From: Podarcis cretensis
Taxonomy: Eukaryota
DNA length: 64,000 bases
Assembly: GCA_951804945.1 (NCBI GenBank)
Contig: OX638153.1
Coordinates: 66,092,001-66,156,000 of the forward strand
Direction: 5' to 3'
Below, piece after piece: positions 24,501 through 39,972 of the stretch (position 1 is the stretch's first letter; every line of letters starts with the position of its first letter). The notes below the pieces were generated by a model, which searched no databases, was not told where the DNA came from, and worked only from the letters and a program-made list of their open reading frames with translations. The translations under genes and the position numbers were made by a program.

Positions 24501-27500
24501 ACATCTAATCTCTCTTTGTTTGAAAACATGAGAGCAAGTCAGTAAGCAGGCAAGCCCAATTGGACCAAACAGCTTTGCAATGTTCAAGACAGATGCACTA
24601 CAATAGCATCAGTTGACTGTGTTTTTGTATATAGACAACTGGCTCCTGGTGGTTCTCACACCCACCCATTATCTCCAGTTGATAGGTGTCAATCCTTAAT
24701 AGCTGCGCTTAAGTCTGCCTTCTGAATGAGAATGATGGTATTATCCTAGTACAAGGGCAGATCCCCATTATGAATTTAAAGAATATCTAACACACATTCA
24801 AAGTGCATGATTTCATCCAAAGAATCCTGGGAACTGTAGTTTCCCCCTCACATAGCTACAATTCCCAGCACCTTTAACAAACTTTGATTCCCAGGATTCT
24901 TTGGGGGACATGATATGCTTTAAATGTGCACTGATTGTGTTTTAAATGTATGGTGTAGATGTGCCACAGTTGTGTGCAAGTGGTGTTAGGACCCTCTGCA
25001 ACATGCTAGGTCAATTCACTAACACCTTGGGTAGTAGCAGTCCTGAAAATGCAAACAGTCCTCCCAAGCTGTGGTTCCTCTGCCTGTTTAGGGATCAACA
25101 GTCACGGCTGTTACAGATTGCTTGTTGCCTTCTACTCCCCGTATCTCCTCCATCACACAAAAGTGGAGAAGGGGGCATGTAAGCCACAGGCTCATGCACA
25201 CAGATTATAGAGATATTTATTACAGATTTAAATGGTCAACATTTCTATGCTATTCTAGTGCCCAGAAGAATTCCCTGAATAAATGTTTGCCTAGAAAAAC
25301 TGATCAACGTTCTTAAATAACCTTTTACACCTACAGAAGATACTTTATTTCTGAAGTGAGAAAAACCAGTAATTATGCCAAATGATTTACCCTATGCAAG
25401 CAAATGTTTACAAGGGTAAAGCACAGTGAGTAATTATCTTCAGATGTTTTCAGTCTACTAAGCCTCACAGACTGGCCTGAAAACAATCTGGTCTAATTTT
25501 GTTATCTGCTAAGCAGATCAATCCGCTTAGCCATCCTACAACCAGTGAACAGCCAATTTACAGAATTTTCTCAACAATATATATATTCCTGCAGCTGTTT
25601 TTAGGATTTTTTGTTTTTTTAAAAAAAGTTCTGACCTTGCATGGACGATACTTCAACGTTATTGCAATATTCACCAATAAATTAGGGTCAAACTGACATA
25701 AATGTGGTAAGATACTGTACAGTACTTTGAAAAGGCCATTAGGCAGTGTTAATTGGCCAATTCTGCTGCTTTGAACTTGGATAACTTTACATTAATTTGT
25801 AAACTGCATAAGTGAACAAAGTATAATTGCTACATTGGCATTTATAAGGCTCAAGCAAGATTGAAAAGCATAGTTCCAATCATATACTTGCCAATGGCAG
25901 GCGAAATAGTGATGGAGTAGAGAACACTTTCAGAGAATTGGTAGAATGGAGGGGTAGTTAACCCCTCACATGTACACTAATTATATGTTGCAAATGCTGT
26001 CTCACTGGGTTACTTTCCCCTTAGTTAGGACTCATTTATGGTTTTGAAGCCTAGCCTTGTGGGGGATTTAATATCCAGTTTGTAGGAAAGAATCAGCACA
26101 CAGAGAACGCCACACACCTGCTGATTGCTCAACCTTTGCATTAGCACTGTAAGAGGAACATGAAGTTGGAAGCCTCCTGTTTACACAGAGAATTTTGCTG
26201 TGCTGTGTCCACAATAAAATATATTTTATGTTAAGCACAGAGAACAAAATACATTAAATTGCACTGATAATTGGATTAGGGTTTGTTTTCAATGACCATT
26301 ATGATAATGTAGCAGCCTCATACCCATTGTTTGGGAAATCTAAGAAACAAAAAAATCAGTGTAGTTTTGAAATATGTGTTTAAAATCAGTGCTATTTTGA
26401 AAGGTTTATTCCACCATCTTGATTCAAAATGATATCCTATTAAAGGAGAAAACATTGAGGAAAACATTATGCTTAAACCCTATGAAATTGGTTCTTCTTA
26501 AATTTCATTTCTATTCAATAAAGCTTCAAATACCATTGTAATAAAAGAGCAGATTAAATGATTATGTGGTCAGTTTCAGAGTCACACATCTAATAGACTA
26601 TACTGTACAATAAGGAAGAGTATTAAATAAATGCAACAATTCTATCCATCTAAGTCATTCTCTGAGTAGACCCACTGAAAATCAATGGACCAACACCAAA
26701 CTCCTACTTTGAGGGAAAGCTGCCCAGCTTATAGTCTTAACTTACAACTTCTGCTGCAAACCTACTCAGTGGAGTGAGATATATTTCACCTTTGGGATAA
26801 GACTCCACCCTGGAAAGTCTACCTGCCAATCAAGCATATACTGTACTGATTTGCTAGCACTTCCCCTTTCTGTTTCTGTACTCAAAAGCCCCATGGAGTA
26901 TGTATTGGACAACCTCGCATTTACATTACTTTTTAAAAATAGAACTTAGAAACAAGGTTTTCAAAAGAAAAGTGAGGCGAAGACTTCTGTCTTTTCCTTG
27001 ATTTTGTCACTGTCTAAGCAATCAAAAGAATATAAGATGTTTGTTTGCACTGAGCATGAACATGGTCAGAAATGTGGAACCTCTAAAAGCAACGTTTTTA
27101 AAGATTTGTAGTCCTGACATTTGTCAATGGATTCTTCTCAAATTTGGGCATATTATACCACTCTGCAAGTAAATTATAAGAGTCAAATTTCATGCCACAG
27201 ACAAATTTTCTTGCTTTTAGGACCAACAGGTCACCTAGCCAACACAACTAAATTCTCCTTCTAGCATTACTACGAAGGTATAGGTGAAATAACTTATGGT
27301 TAATGAGAGATATAGACAATCTTATTTTGTTATCAATAACAGCAACAAATAGTGCTATGTTGAATACCAGAAATTAAACATTCATTTACACTTACATGTG
27401 CTTCTTGTGAAATTCAAGTATTTTTCCTTGCAGTCTTTCTTGGTTTGGAAAGTACCGGTTGTTTTTAAGATGCTCTCGGTCCCCAGATTCATCAAAATCT

Positions 27501-30500
27501 CCTAACTCAGCTGTGATAGAAGAGAAAAATATATTTGAAAGAAAATATTGCTTCACTATTGCAATTGTTCCCTAAAGTTAGCAAATGGATCCTTGAAGGT
27601 ATCTTCATCTTACAATAACCATTGGTTCTCAATAGTATATATGGGATACGAATGACGAGATTTGGTACCCCTTTATAAAGTTTTGAAATGATCACTCTGA
27701 TGACTGGCACCCACCAGATTCACAAAATGGACTTTGGTAAGACCTAATAGACGGATCTGTTTCATGAGGGGAGGGGTGTTGGGAAAAGGGAAAATTCAGT
27801 GTTCCTGTGCTATCAGAATCAACATATGTGTGAGTAGTTAAGTTCCCAAGGAGATTCAACATAGGCACATTTAACTTTTTTAAAAAACTAAACTTCTAAA
27901 AGCAAGCTGATAAGACAGAAAAGGGGAACATTATTCAAAATGTATGAAGACTTACTGAAAGCATGATAAAAGATATTGAAACAGAATGTATGCCTCCTAT
28001 GTTTTCCCCCAATTTGTAAATGGTATTTATATTAGATTCAAAAGAGCCCAAGAAAGTCCAAGTAGATGCTTGCATTTAATGAGCAACACAAGTGCAAATC
28101 AATTATGTTAATCAAAAATGGCTTCTGGAAGCAACTATAACAGAAGCAGGAAACTAACCAGGGAAGCTGTTGTAACTGCTGGATGACAAAGAAGCAAAAT
28201 AATTACTGATGAAGGAAACTGTAGAGAAGCTGAATGGATTCTTTGCATCTGTGTGCACAATATATAAGTGACATTAGATACTAACACTGCAGAAGGTGAG
28301 AGATGAGGAGTGCTGCTGTATTGTCGTTGCAGGTAAGGCGTTCCTCAGCTAGATCTCTCTTGATTTGCAATGCAAATAGATACCTAAAGGGGGGGAAATC
28401 AATAGTATCATATTTTGTCCATTTTACTAGTTGTTTAGCAGCAGGAAATGAAAAATGGCCCATGCAGGAGTACTACAGGCCAGTTAGTAGCTGCATATAT
28501 GCACAATGCTGACACTGAAGGCAATGTCTGTGTGATAACTAAGAGTAGTAATATAGCATTGTCTCCTCCCCCCTCATACCGCCAACCTGCTTAGTGACAG
28601 CCATTTACTACTACCACATCAGATCACCAGCTGTTGCTAGCCAAGATATATGCTGTCACCAAGCAACATACAACTGCACTACCTCTAAGACTGGCAGGCT
28701 TTGTATCAAATGTGGCTAAGGCTTGTTCAAATGTGAGGTTCAGCTATAGCTCTTGCTACCATCACAACCCTCTCTACCTACTAGCTTCCCTGTGACTGAC
28801 TCATGTCCTGAAGAACCCCCCCCCCAAAAAAAGCTTTCTAGTTAAGCAACATATTTAAGTTTTTCAAAGTCTATTTTAATAATTTTGTAATGCTATTATT
28901 TCTTCAGGTACAATCCTCCACAGAGCATGATAGAACATGCATCCTCACCCATTTCCTATGACTTAGGAGAAACTATGAAATAGATACTTTTTCAAATATA
29001 GCAACATATCCAGTATACCCTGCAGCCATCAACGGCAGTCATTTAGGAAAGGAGGAGTGCAAACAACAGAAAACGGCAGCATGTAGTTTTAGCAGAAACT
29101 CAAAAATCACAACTGAACAGAAAAACTGACAAGCACAGAATCACTGATGGAAAGGTATGTAGGTGGGCTGAAGTAGACAATATAGGAAACACAAATGGCA
29201 CAATTCAGCAGAAAAACAGGTATGTAAGGGCTGGAGTTGAGTAGATCTGCAAGAGGAAGACTTCAATGAGACTCATTAAGAACACAGGAGACACCATTCA
29301 TATGTACTTTCAACTCAAAGCATGGACACAAGAGAACACAATCAAATGGCACAGCAAGTTGGGAACAGAATGAGAAATACCAGATAAACAATCCTGAAAT
29401 TCATAACATCCAAAGGCAACTAACAGAAATATGACTTGCTACCCTGAAGAACCAGTCCCAGTATTTGTAAACTACCATACCAGTGTAATCTTATAAATGT
29501 TTATTCAGAAGTAGTCCTGTTGTGTTTAATGGGCTTTACTCCGATGTAAATATGCACAGGTCAGGATAACAGCCTGAAACCACTGCACCAAGCAGCCAAA
29601 CAAGTTCTTTATCTCTTGAGACAATTTTTAAACATGGACATTTTGAACACATCCTTGGCTGTACACAGCTGTACACAGCTGAAGCAGCATCACTGCCACT
29701 TGATTAGATCAGGTAAAACTTGCTGTCATTCAAGGCCACACACACACATATCAACTCTGGCAGTGAATTCACAGGTCCTTTGAGTTAATTTATTAATCCT
29801 TCTTTCCTATTTCCATTGTAAATTTTTGTGGAATTAATAGTGCCACATTGTTTACCTGGTGTACTCCTCTTGCAGCTGACCAGGGTCAGGAGGGAAGAAC
29901 TTTACGGCTAGACGAAGCAATGCATTCTTTGGTCCTAAAATAAAACCAATGCATTCTATTAACTTTTACCTTTATAGTTGAAACACTGAATCTGAATACC
30001 AATTGCCAACTCTCAAACATGAGGTAATAGGAATTAGGTATTTATTGAATGGATCACGAACATTTCAACTTAAATACAGTAACTCTGAAGTATACCAACA
30101 TAATTCTGAAACATGGTTGTAATATACACCCAAAGCAAGTGATCTGAAATACAGGAGAGGAACCTATATTAGCTAAAGTGCCAGTGGTAGGTAGCTGTTG
30201 AAAACTACTAAATGGTGGAAGGAAAGGGATTAAAGGGATTATGGCGAAACTGGGAGCCAAAATAATACAAGAACATCAAAGAACAGTAAAATGGGCTGAA
30301 TGAATGTGGGAAGTTGGCATAATCAAAAACTGGAATAGGATCTCATGAAGCTCCTAAGGTGATCCAAATTCTAAGGAAATTGCAGCCAGAAAACAAATGT
30401 TGATCTGTGAAACAGGTGAATTCAGGTGAATTCTCTGTTAATTAAAGCATTTTAAAATGTTTTGTTTACTTTTGTTGTATTTTTATTTTTGATACAAGTC

Positions 30501-33500
30501 ATTTTATTATTGAAACAAAAAAGCAGGATGAAACTAATTAACAAAACCTTCTAAAAACAAAGCATTTGAATTGCTGAATGAGCCAGTGGGAATGTAATTT
30601 TGTAAAGCTGCTTTAAAAAAACTTCATTTTTTTGTGTTTTCCATATGAATGTTCTCCAATTCCATTGATTAAGTGAACCTGTGTGTCATGCAAAACAGAT
30701 TATCTTCATTTGCTTCAAATCTCTAGAACGGTCTTCCCCAACATAGTGACCTTCATATGTCTTGGACGAATATTCCTATCATCTTCACCATTGACCATGA
30801 TAGCTGGTAACGATGAGAGCTGTAGCCCAAAACTTCTGTAGGGTACCAGGATGTGGAAAGTCAGGCAATCATATTCTGGCTTAATAAAGTAGCATAGGCA
30901 TGAGCTGCATGCACCTTACCACAGTTAAAAGTATGCTCCAAAACCCTGGCTTATTGGGAGACATGAACCATAGTTCTCAGTTCAGACTTAACAGGAAGCT
31001 ACAGTTAACTCTGGCTTCCTGGATAGTTTCACGCTTGCACAAAGAGGCAGCAAAGGAGCTGCATGTGGGTACACACAGCTCATAGATATCCTGCCTTAAT
31101 CTTCCAAATGTGGCCATGTTAAGAATAGCACCAAAAAGTTGCTAGAATCCTAGAAAGAAACACTAATAGAAATAGTATATATACTTACTTCGTATTTGTT
31201 TAATTATAGGTTTCATAGGCTCAAGCCAAATCTGAACAAGGAAAAAAGGGCTTAGTAAATAATTAAGCAAACACTGCAGCAGTAAATAAAACCACACAGC
31301 TAAAATAATTCTAGCACCTGTAAACCAATACTTCCCTACACCCCCATTTCAGTTAAACAAATGTTTTAGCTAAAGGAATAAACCTCAAAATGTCTATACA
31401 TAGATAGTGAAAAATATAGTGGAAAAGGTAGCAGAAGGAAAGAAGTTTCCTGAGGCAAATGAAGGAAAAGCACTGAGTTCTAGTTATGGCAGAGCACCTT
31501 TCGGAAGGATCACAGGAAAATTCATTTACACTAATGCTTGTGCAACAGAGTCCCTTGCCCAAGAAACTTATGGCAACTCTTTCTGGAGGTTTCAGTGAGG
31601 AGACTGAATGAAATCTGCCCAAGATAATACAGCTAGAGGGCAAAGATTAGAATGAATGACTTGAAATTCCTTTCAAGTATATGAATGCATTTATTCATGC
31701 AAACTTCAAAAATAATGTCAAAGATATTTTTTTATCCACTGAGAAAAAAACTGGGTTTTTTTTGCAAAAGGTCTAGATAGAACTCTACATCTAAATATGC
31801 AAATTCTGCCATCAAATGAAGTACATCAGGCAAGTGTTGTTTGAGTACACTGAATGTCTAGATTCAATTCAATCTGGGTTCAGGCCTGGTTTCATGATTG
31901 AATCAGTCTTTGTCACCCTCAGAAGAGGGACGGCGAAAATGCAACGCTGTTACGATTACTTGATCTCTCAGTGGTTTTTGACCCCACTGACCATATCTTC
32001 CTACATCAACTGTTCAGGATCAGTATAGGAGGCAATGTATTACCGTAGCACTGTTCCTACCTATGTGGGTGAGTTCAGAGTGTAACAGTGGGACAACAAT
32101 GTTCTATGGCCTCCTGCACTTGTGTTATGTAATTCTGCAAGGCACAATTTGGTCCCCAGTGCTATTTAACATCTATATCTACTACACCTTAACATCTGGA
32201 TCTGGAAAGGCTGTGCAAGTCCTGGATCTATGCCTGAATGCAGTTGTGGACTGGATAAGGGCCAACAAACTAAGTTTGAAACCTGGTAAGAAAGAGGCTC
32301 TGTGGGTAGGTTCTTACATCCTGAAGATACTGCACTCCCTCTGAACAATCAGGTATGTAGTTTAGATAAACCTTTGTCATTAGAGGTCCAAGTGAATTCT
32401 GTGGCTAGCAGTGCCTTTCCCCAGTTATGGCAGTATATGGATTGGGATAGCCACTGTAGTCCATGCAACTTCACCAACACACAACATGTGCAATGGTGCA
32501 CTCCACCACGTGTCTAGTTGACTTCACATCAAGCCTTATGCCATTTATGTCATAGGTATTGTCAGGCCTGTTTCATTGCTCAAGGTTATATTACTTGATC
32601 CCAGTCATGGACTTCCTAAACAGCTTTGTTTGATCTACATTTTACTTTTATCCCTTGTAGCACAACATCTTGATTCTATGTCAAAAGATACAGTACAAAC
32701 GCTACACAGTAGAAATGAGATTCCAATTTATACAGCACTCCATTTCAACTCTAAAAATGCTAATCAAGTGGTTTGGTGTCTTTTCTTGAAACACCGTTCT
32801 TTTTGAATCATAGCAAAAACTAATAAAATTCATTGAAAAGGAACTAAACACTCAAATTAAGAGAGCTCCATAATAAGCAAAGTAGGTAGTGCTTGATTTA
32901 AAAATGGAAGGACCAAAAAAGAGCATTCAACACAACTGTGTAGGGTTATTATCTGAAACAACTGCAGCTGCATCACTAATGGTGCAGCTTTGCTTACCTG
33001 TAATATAATCCTCTTTCTCCTACATTAAAGGAATTTTTGTGCAAATTTAACCAGAGTAGAACTACCAAATGTCTTCCTTTAAAAACAAAGCTGAAAACAC
33101 ATCTATTTAAAGGTGTTTATATTCAGATAAAAATATATTACATACCCAATATGACTGCATGTTCTGGAATTCAATTCCAAAGTAGTCCGATTCAACCAAA
33201 TTCAACCGATTAAATACTTCTGTCATCAGTTTCTGGCCATAACATTTTGACTAGAAAAAATAAAATAAAGTGAAAATGTAAAGTTGAGTTTACTTGAAAA
33301 GTAATGGCTAAAGCTGGTTTCAAGGCTTAACCTGGAAACAAAAAGATAAAAATAGTTCATGCCAATTTAATGCTACTTCTGCACATATATCAACACAATG
33401 CATTAGAATTCTTCTTTCTTTGCCACTTCCATGTGGCCTGCATTCAAAAAAATGAACCACAACTGTTAAAATTTTCATGCCATATATAAATGCACAGCCT

Positions 33501-36500
33501 ATTAATATATACACTGTTCTGTAAAGTCTTAAAGGCAAGCTGAGAAACATTACGTGAACACATATCAAACATATCATACATATCAAAAAGACTGGGCAAT
33601 ATCCAATTAGTCAAAGTCAGAGTAAATGAGTATGGATATCACTCATTATCCAGTTCCAGGGGAACCTATAACAAGAAGAGGTTTCTCACCTCAGGCTATT
33701 TTAAAGGTTTTAGATCATCTTGGAGAAAATATATACTAGATTCTGACTATATACAGTGGTACCTCGCAAGACGAATGCCTTGAAAGATGGAAAACTCGCA
33801 AAACGAAAGAGTTTTTCGTTTTTTGAGTTGCTTCGCAAGACGGATTTCCCTATGGGCTTGCTTCGCAAGACGAAAAAGTCTTGCAAGTTTGTTTCCTTTG
33901 TCTTGCAAGTTTGTTTCCTTTTTCTTAAAACCGTGCATTCACTTCAAGGAGCAACTCATAGCACGCGGTGTGGTAGCCTTTTTTGAGGTTTTTGAAGACT
34001 TTGGTGATTTTTGAAGCTTTTCCAAAGTCCGTGCTTTGCAAGACGAAAAAATCGCAAGACGAAAAAAATCGCGGAACGAATTAATTTCGTCTTGCGAGGC
34101 ACCACTGTACAGAAGAAAGATCTCTCTTAAGTCAATATCTTAAGACCTTGGTCCTATCATCCACCTTCAATCCAATGCCTCTTTGAATTCAATGCTTTGT
34201 TTTGAAACAAGCTAAAAGTCAGTCAAAGACTGTGCTCCCTTGTGGAGATGTTTCTGAGTGCTATAGAGAAGCGGTTTCTTTCAAAATTTCAATGGCTGTT
34301 AACTGGAGTGAAAAACGTGTACAGCTCAGTTAAACTAAGGAACCTGGGAATATTTTTGTAACTTTCTCTCTTAAAAATGGATACTTTTTCAGGGGTGAGT
34401 GAGATAATCGCTCAATAATATATTAGAAACTCATTAAACCCAATACAAAACACTTTAAAGCCTTCACTTGATTAAAACTGATTTCATGATCCTCTAGCAC
34501 AGGCACGTCCAACAGGTAGATCGCAATCTACCGGTAGATCGCGGGGTGTTCCTGGTAGATCTCTGGTCCCTCAGGGATCTCCTTCCCCCAAAATAAAAAA
34601 ATTAAAAAGAATTTTAAAAAAGCTCAACCACTCTGGCTTCCTAAGAAAAGCTGAACAACTTTGCCTTTCCAAAAAAAGCTCAGCAACTTTTGCTTCCTAG
34701 CAAAAAAATTGGACCATCAGATTAAGGATTAAGGTCCACTATTTGACTGCGGATTCAGGACCCTCAGCTGTGTGTTTATATAATCAACTTTTTATTATGT
34801 TCTGTGTATATCACAATGCTTATTCAGTTCCATTCATTCATATATTCAGTTCCATTCATTCATTTGCTCCCTAAAAAAAAGCTCAACAACATTGATCCAT
34901 CAAACGACAATGGGTAGCTCACTGCCAGTTTTTTATACTGTGAGTAGAACGCAGTCTATTGGGAGTTGGACGTCCCTGCTCTAGCACACGTAATGACCTT
35001 GCTTGAACACAACACTAAGCTATGGTTTACCTGTGTGAGCTGGTCAAAATCTCAGGATTCCATAATCTCCATACTCTACTCTTCCAGCATAGCCACAAAA
35101 TCATCAGATCATTTTGCTTCAGTTTTCACTTAACCAGTTTAACATGTTGTACAAATATTAAACCATGGTCAATCTTAACTATAGTTAGCGAAACAAAGCA
35201 TCTTCAGAAATTATTGTTTGAAGTTTGCTTGGTTCAGAAAACCATTTTTACGATTGCCCATAGTTTGTCTGGCTTTGGATGTCACTACAACCTGTGGCTG
35301 ATCTGATGCTAAAACCTGCAATTTCCTCCACTAAGGAGTAAACCCTAATCAAACCAAAGTGGAGTCCCTTGTACACCTTCCAGCAACTCCTGCAGCCAAA
35401 ATAACTGCAACATCAACTGATGGGCACCATGATGTCTATCCCAACTCTTAGTAAACATTATTTATTAAAAAACTGCTTTTACATTTCTACAATATTGCAT
35501 CTTTTGCTTCATGTATATCAGTCTTTAATACTCTAAATGGAAAATGAAATGATTGTAAGTCATGTGAGTGAGGAATGAATCTTTAGCTTTGAAGAGAACA
35601 TTCTGCTAACAAGAACAATATGTTTGGAAGAAAGCCTGGCATTTCAACACCACAATAACAAAATGCCTGAGATACCTAAAAACCCAGGAACAGCACCTTA
35701 TCAGACTCCTGTGAAACAGTCCAGAACAGCACCCCAAGATCACCAGATATTTGATCACCAGTGTGACTATCTTTTCTCTGATCATGTGGCAATAGCCTGT
35801 GGTCACAATAATAGAGTAAAGGGGTGGGGGTGAAAACTGAGCAACTGGTCGCCAATAGCTGGGGGGGGGGTGGAGTATAAGTGCCTGGGCAGAAGACAGT
35901 ATATTTTGGCAAGAGAGGAGGCAAGAACTTTAACCTTCACCTGCCCCAGCATGGTATGTTTGATGCCATAGTCCTAATCCATTTTTTCCTTCATCTCTCC
36001 AGACTCCTAGACAAACCATGTATTAACAATTAATGCACAACAAAATTTTCAGTAATTTTTCCTAGCTCTTGCCTTCGTGATTTGATCAATAGTTTCATAA
36101 TGAGCAAGACACATCCTTTAATAGTCAACTGAAAAAATGTGCAACTCTCTAATATAAAAGATGATAGTGCAAATGTGAAAATGAATACTGACAGCTTTTT
36201 GGACTATTTGAAGTATCTCCAGTGTTTAGAGGGGGGGAATTGTCTTCAAATATAACAACCATTCAATTTTATTTTTAAAGTGTTATGATATTGTTCGAAG
36301 CTGCCTCTACAGACCACTTTTTACAGTAGAACAAGGGTGGGGAACTCTGGCCCACAAGGGGTCCAAGTTGGCACACAAGTCCATTTCCCCCAACCTACAC
36401 CCACCTGTCAATCAGCTGGCATTAACGAGTGATGTCAGCTGATGGACTGGGGGTGCAATTCAATCCTGCTGGGGGCAAAACATACCCCTTGCAACCAGCA

Positions 36501-39500
36501 GTTTTGAATCATTTGCTCATCAGCTGGTGAGCAGAGGATTCAATCCTACTGGGTGCTATTTTGTCCCACCCCCATGCATGCCCACCCACCTATCAGTCAC
36601 TGGATATCATCATGACATCAGACGATTTACAGATGGGTGGCCCCACCCATCAGCCAAAGATACCTAGCTCACCAACCAACAAAGTTTCTCCTCCCCTGCT
36701 GCAGAATATATATTTTAAATAGATTTCATAAGCCTAAGCTAGGAGAAAAGTGACTGACACAACATGTTCTATAGAACTGTGGTATATGTGCTGTTACTAA
36801 AAATGCCAAATGCTTATCTCTACCTAGACATATATAGGTATATGCATACATGTGTGACAGTGTATGTGTGTTGTGCATGTGTACACACACACAAGGATCT
36901 GAGTATTCATACAAACACCCTAGGATCTTTACTCAACAACCCTGCCAGCCTCCACCCCCCCTTTCCACTAGCTCAGACCTCTCCATACCTCCATGGCTTG
37001 TCTGAACCAGCTAACTACCACATCATCTGGATCCCTCCTCCTTGCTTCACCTGGGCCACTACCCTAATCACCTGCCTGCATCTCAATCCACTACTTCCCT
37101 CCTCACATCAACGGGACCTGTATCACCTGGACCTACATATATATCCTCTGGATACCTTCTCCTTTCCTCAACCACTCACTCAATGGCCCAACAGCTCATC
37201 ACTGTAGCTTGCAGTACCACCTGTCCGAGGCCAGTCAAACTATAGCATGACGACATGCTTATGAAATATATGTAAAGTGTGTGTGTATATATGTATTTTA
37301 AGTTGCTGAAGTTATTTATAACTACTGTACTGTGTTTTGAATTCTGCTGCTTTAGCTTCGCGAGAGATGTCTCAGCTGTTGTACACTGCTCCAAAGAGAT
37401 GCACTATTTTCCAACTATAATCGGAAGCAACCAAATTAAAAACAAACATGAAGAACTTCAAATGAAGGTTTTTGAACCCTGCAGAAGCACTGCTGAATAA
37501 AATAGTGATAGGCCTGCAGCCTTGCTTTTGCTGACAATGACTTTAGGGCAAAAGCACCCAAAAAACCACAATTAACACCATGACATTACAGTTGGGGGAC
37601 CCACAGGAGCAGTCAATAAAGAAATATAAAATTAAACAAATGAATTTGGGGGGTCTTGAGAAGCGTCAAATAAGTTTGGGGGCCATATACATAGCCATGG
37701 ATTTGTTACTCCTGGTTTAATGTCACATCTACTTGCATTCAAGCTACACAAAGCAAAATTCTGTACATTCTGTACTATGCAGTCTTGACAATGCAAAATT
37801 CCAAAACATTTATTAGGTCATAAATATTTCAATAGTAATATCCGAAACCTATGTTGCCAAGGTTTATTCATACAGTGCCACAATTGTATGATTACAACAT
37901 TATGATAGTACCACCCTTAACATTCCATAAATTCTACTTTCAACTAAGTAAGAAGAAACAAGATGTGCTTTTAAATTTCAAGCTCTCCAAAATCATTAGA
38001 ATAGAAGGTTTGTTAGGGCAGGGTTTTTTTTCCTTTATCCACCTGTGCATTTCATTTTTACTATACACTCTCATGGTACACCCTCATGAGAGCAGTTTCC
38101 ATCTTTCAGATAACAAATAATCAACCTACAGTTGTTAAAGATATGCTTTATCTTTAAGATATAGACTGGTCAAAATTAATTAATTCAAATCTTTATGAAT
38201 TCAAATGCAGCCTCTCTGGCTGTGTTACTTCCTTGGGCCTAGAACACAAACATACAGGCTCCAAAGCTGCTAACAGCCAAATTTCTTCCGGTCTGTAGAC
38301 GCTATATGCCCTTATATGTAGGAAGTGCTTTTATTCTAAAAAATGTTCAGGGGTACTCTCATTTTCCTACTCATATTGAAATATTGCCCCTCAATGAGGC
38401 CAAACTTAGATTCACAAAATGTTTATGGGTATGCGTTCTCCTGTGTCCCCCCAGAAAAAAGCACTGTATGTAGGCCCTATCTTAATTCTCGCAATAGCTT
38501 GTTTCTCCTTGGATGCTCCTCCATGATGTCGTTGCCTTTATTTATTGAAAAATATTCCTGACTCAATTCATTTTTAAATCAGATCTTGACTTTTTTTCAC
38601 AGCTAGCAGGCACCTTTCTCCTACCTCTCTTAATTCTGGGGTCTCTTTTCAGCTTCCCACACACAGCCTCCTGTCTTTTAAATTCAATCTGAAGAGTCTT
38701 CAGAAGCTACATTATTTTTAACATTCTACTCTAGTCAATTTCACACAGCAATTCACTCATTAGTCAGAATAAGGAGGTGGATGGAATTCAGGCAACAGGA
38801 AAGCAATATATCCATAATGGAGTGCCTTCTGAAGTAATGGCAAGGGCTTAACTGTTAAATCATACAGAATAACGGACAGATGTGTAATGACAACATGCTC
38901 GTGTACATTAACCGGTATCTAGTACTAAACATATGAAGATCTTTAAGACTTTTCCAAATGCATTCCAAGCATGGTTTGCATTCTTAAGCACTGACCCAAA
39001 TATATCAACAACTGTTATCTGTTATCGCTCTAATACTAGAGGAATGCAATGTAGGGCTTGCGAATAAGAATTCAATATGAACTAGCTGATTACATTCAAT
39101 CCAAACTTTGAACATCTTGAACGGGTTATCTTCCATCACTTGCCTTTTTAATTAACTGTATATTAATTATAAAAGGGACGCGGGTGGTGCTGTGGGTTAA
39201 ACCACAGAGCCTAAGACTTGCCGATCAGAAGGTTGGCGGTTTGAATCCCCACGATGGGGTGAGCTCCCAGAAATCTCTTGCCCTCCCCCAGAGCAGTTAC
39301 CCGGGCAACCTCCCACCTGAGGCAGCGAGGGAGGAGTTCCCTTGTATTGTTAATGGCCCTCTATGAACCATTGCTCTGTCCCAGCTCCTGTCAACCTAGC
39401 AATTCGAAAGCACCTCAAAAGTGCAAGTAGATAAATAGGTACCGCTCCAGCGGGAAGGTAAACGGTGTTTCCGTGCGCTGCTCTGGTTCGCCAGAAGCAG

Positions 39501-39932
39501 CTTAGTCATGCTGCCACATGACCCGGAAGTTGTACACTGGCTCCCTCGGCCAGTAAAGCGAGATGAGCACCGCAACCCCAGAGTCGGTCACGACTGGACC
39601 TAATGGTCAGGGGTCCCTTTACCTTTATATTAATTATGCCATTTCCGTCTAGTATATAGGTGGTATATTTCAAAATACATTTTCATTTATACACTATCAT
39701 TGTAAGCAAATTTTACTAAAATGGAAGTAGAAGGTTTCTACTAATTTCAATCACACTAGAACATAGCAGGAGTTTCTATTAAGTACTTTTAAACAAAAGC
39801 TGGATTGTACAGTGCCTTCCTAAGATATTACAGTAGTGTTAGAGAGAAGTTAGCCTTGACATTTCATGACTCTTCCAACAATCAATTTCATTATAGGGTT
39901 GGGATTTTGATGCCAAATAAATTCTGAATGCT

Positions 39933-39972
<40 letters not shown>

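Noticed and set aside
33754-34107. Spaced CGCAAGACG repeats resembling a CRISPR-like array
   Set aside because: Short, irregular subterminal repeats inside a TIR-bounded MITE in eukaryotic DNA
36764-37245. 147-aa ORF over a C-rich segment
   Set aside because: Starts in a (TG/CA) low-complexity tract, has no domain, antisense within an intron; probably a decayed repeat I cannot classify
39175-39260. tRNA-like A/B box sequence
   Set aside because: Head of a Sauria SINE, not a tRNA gene
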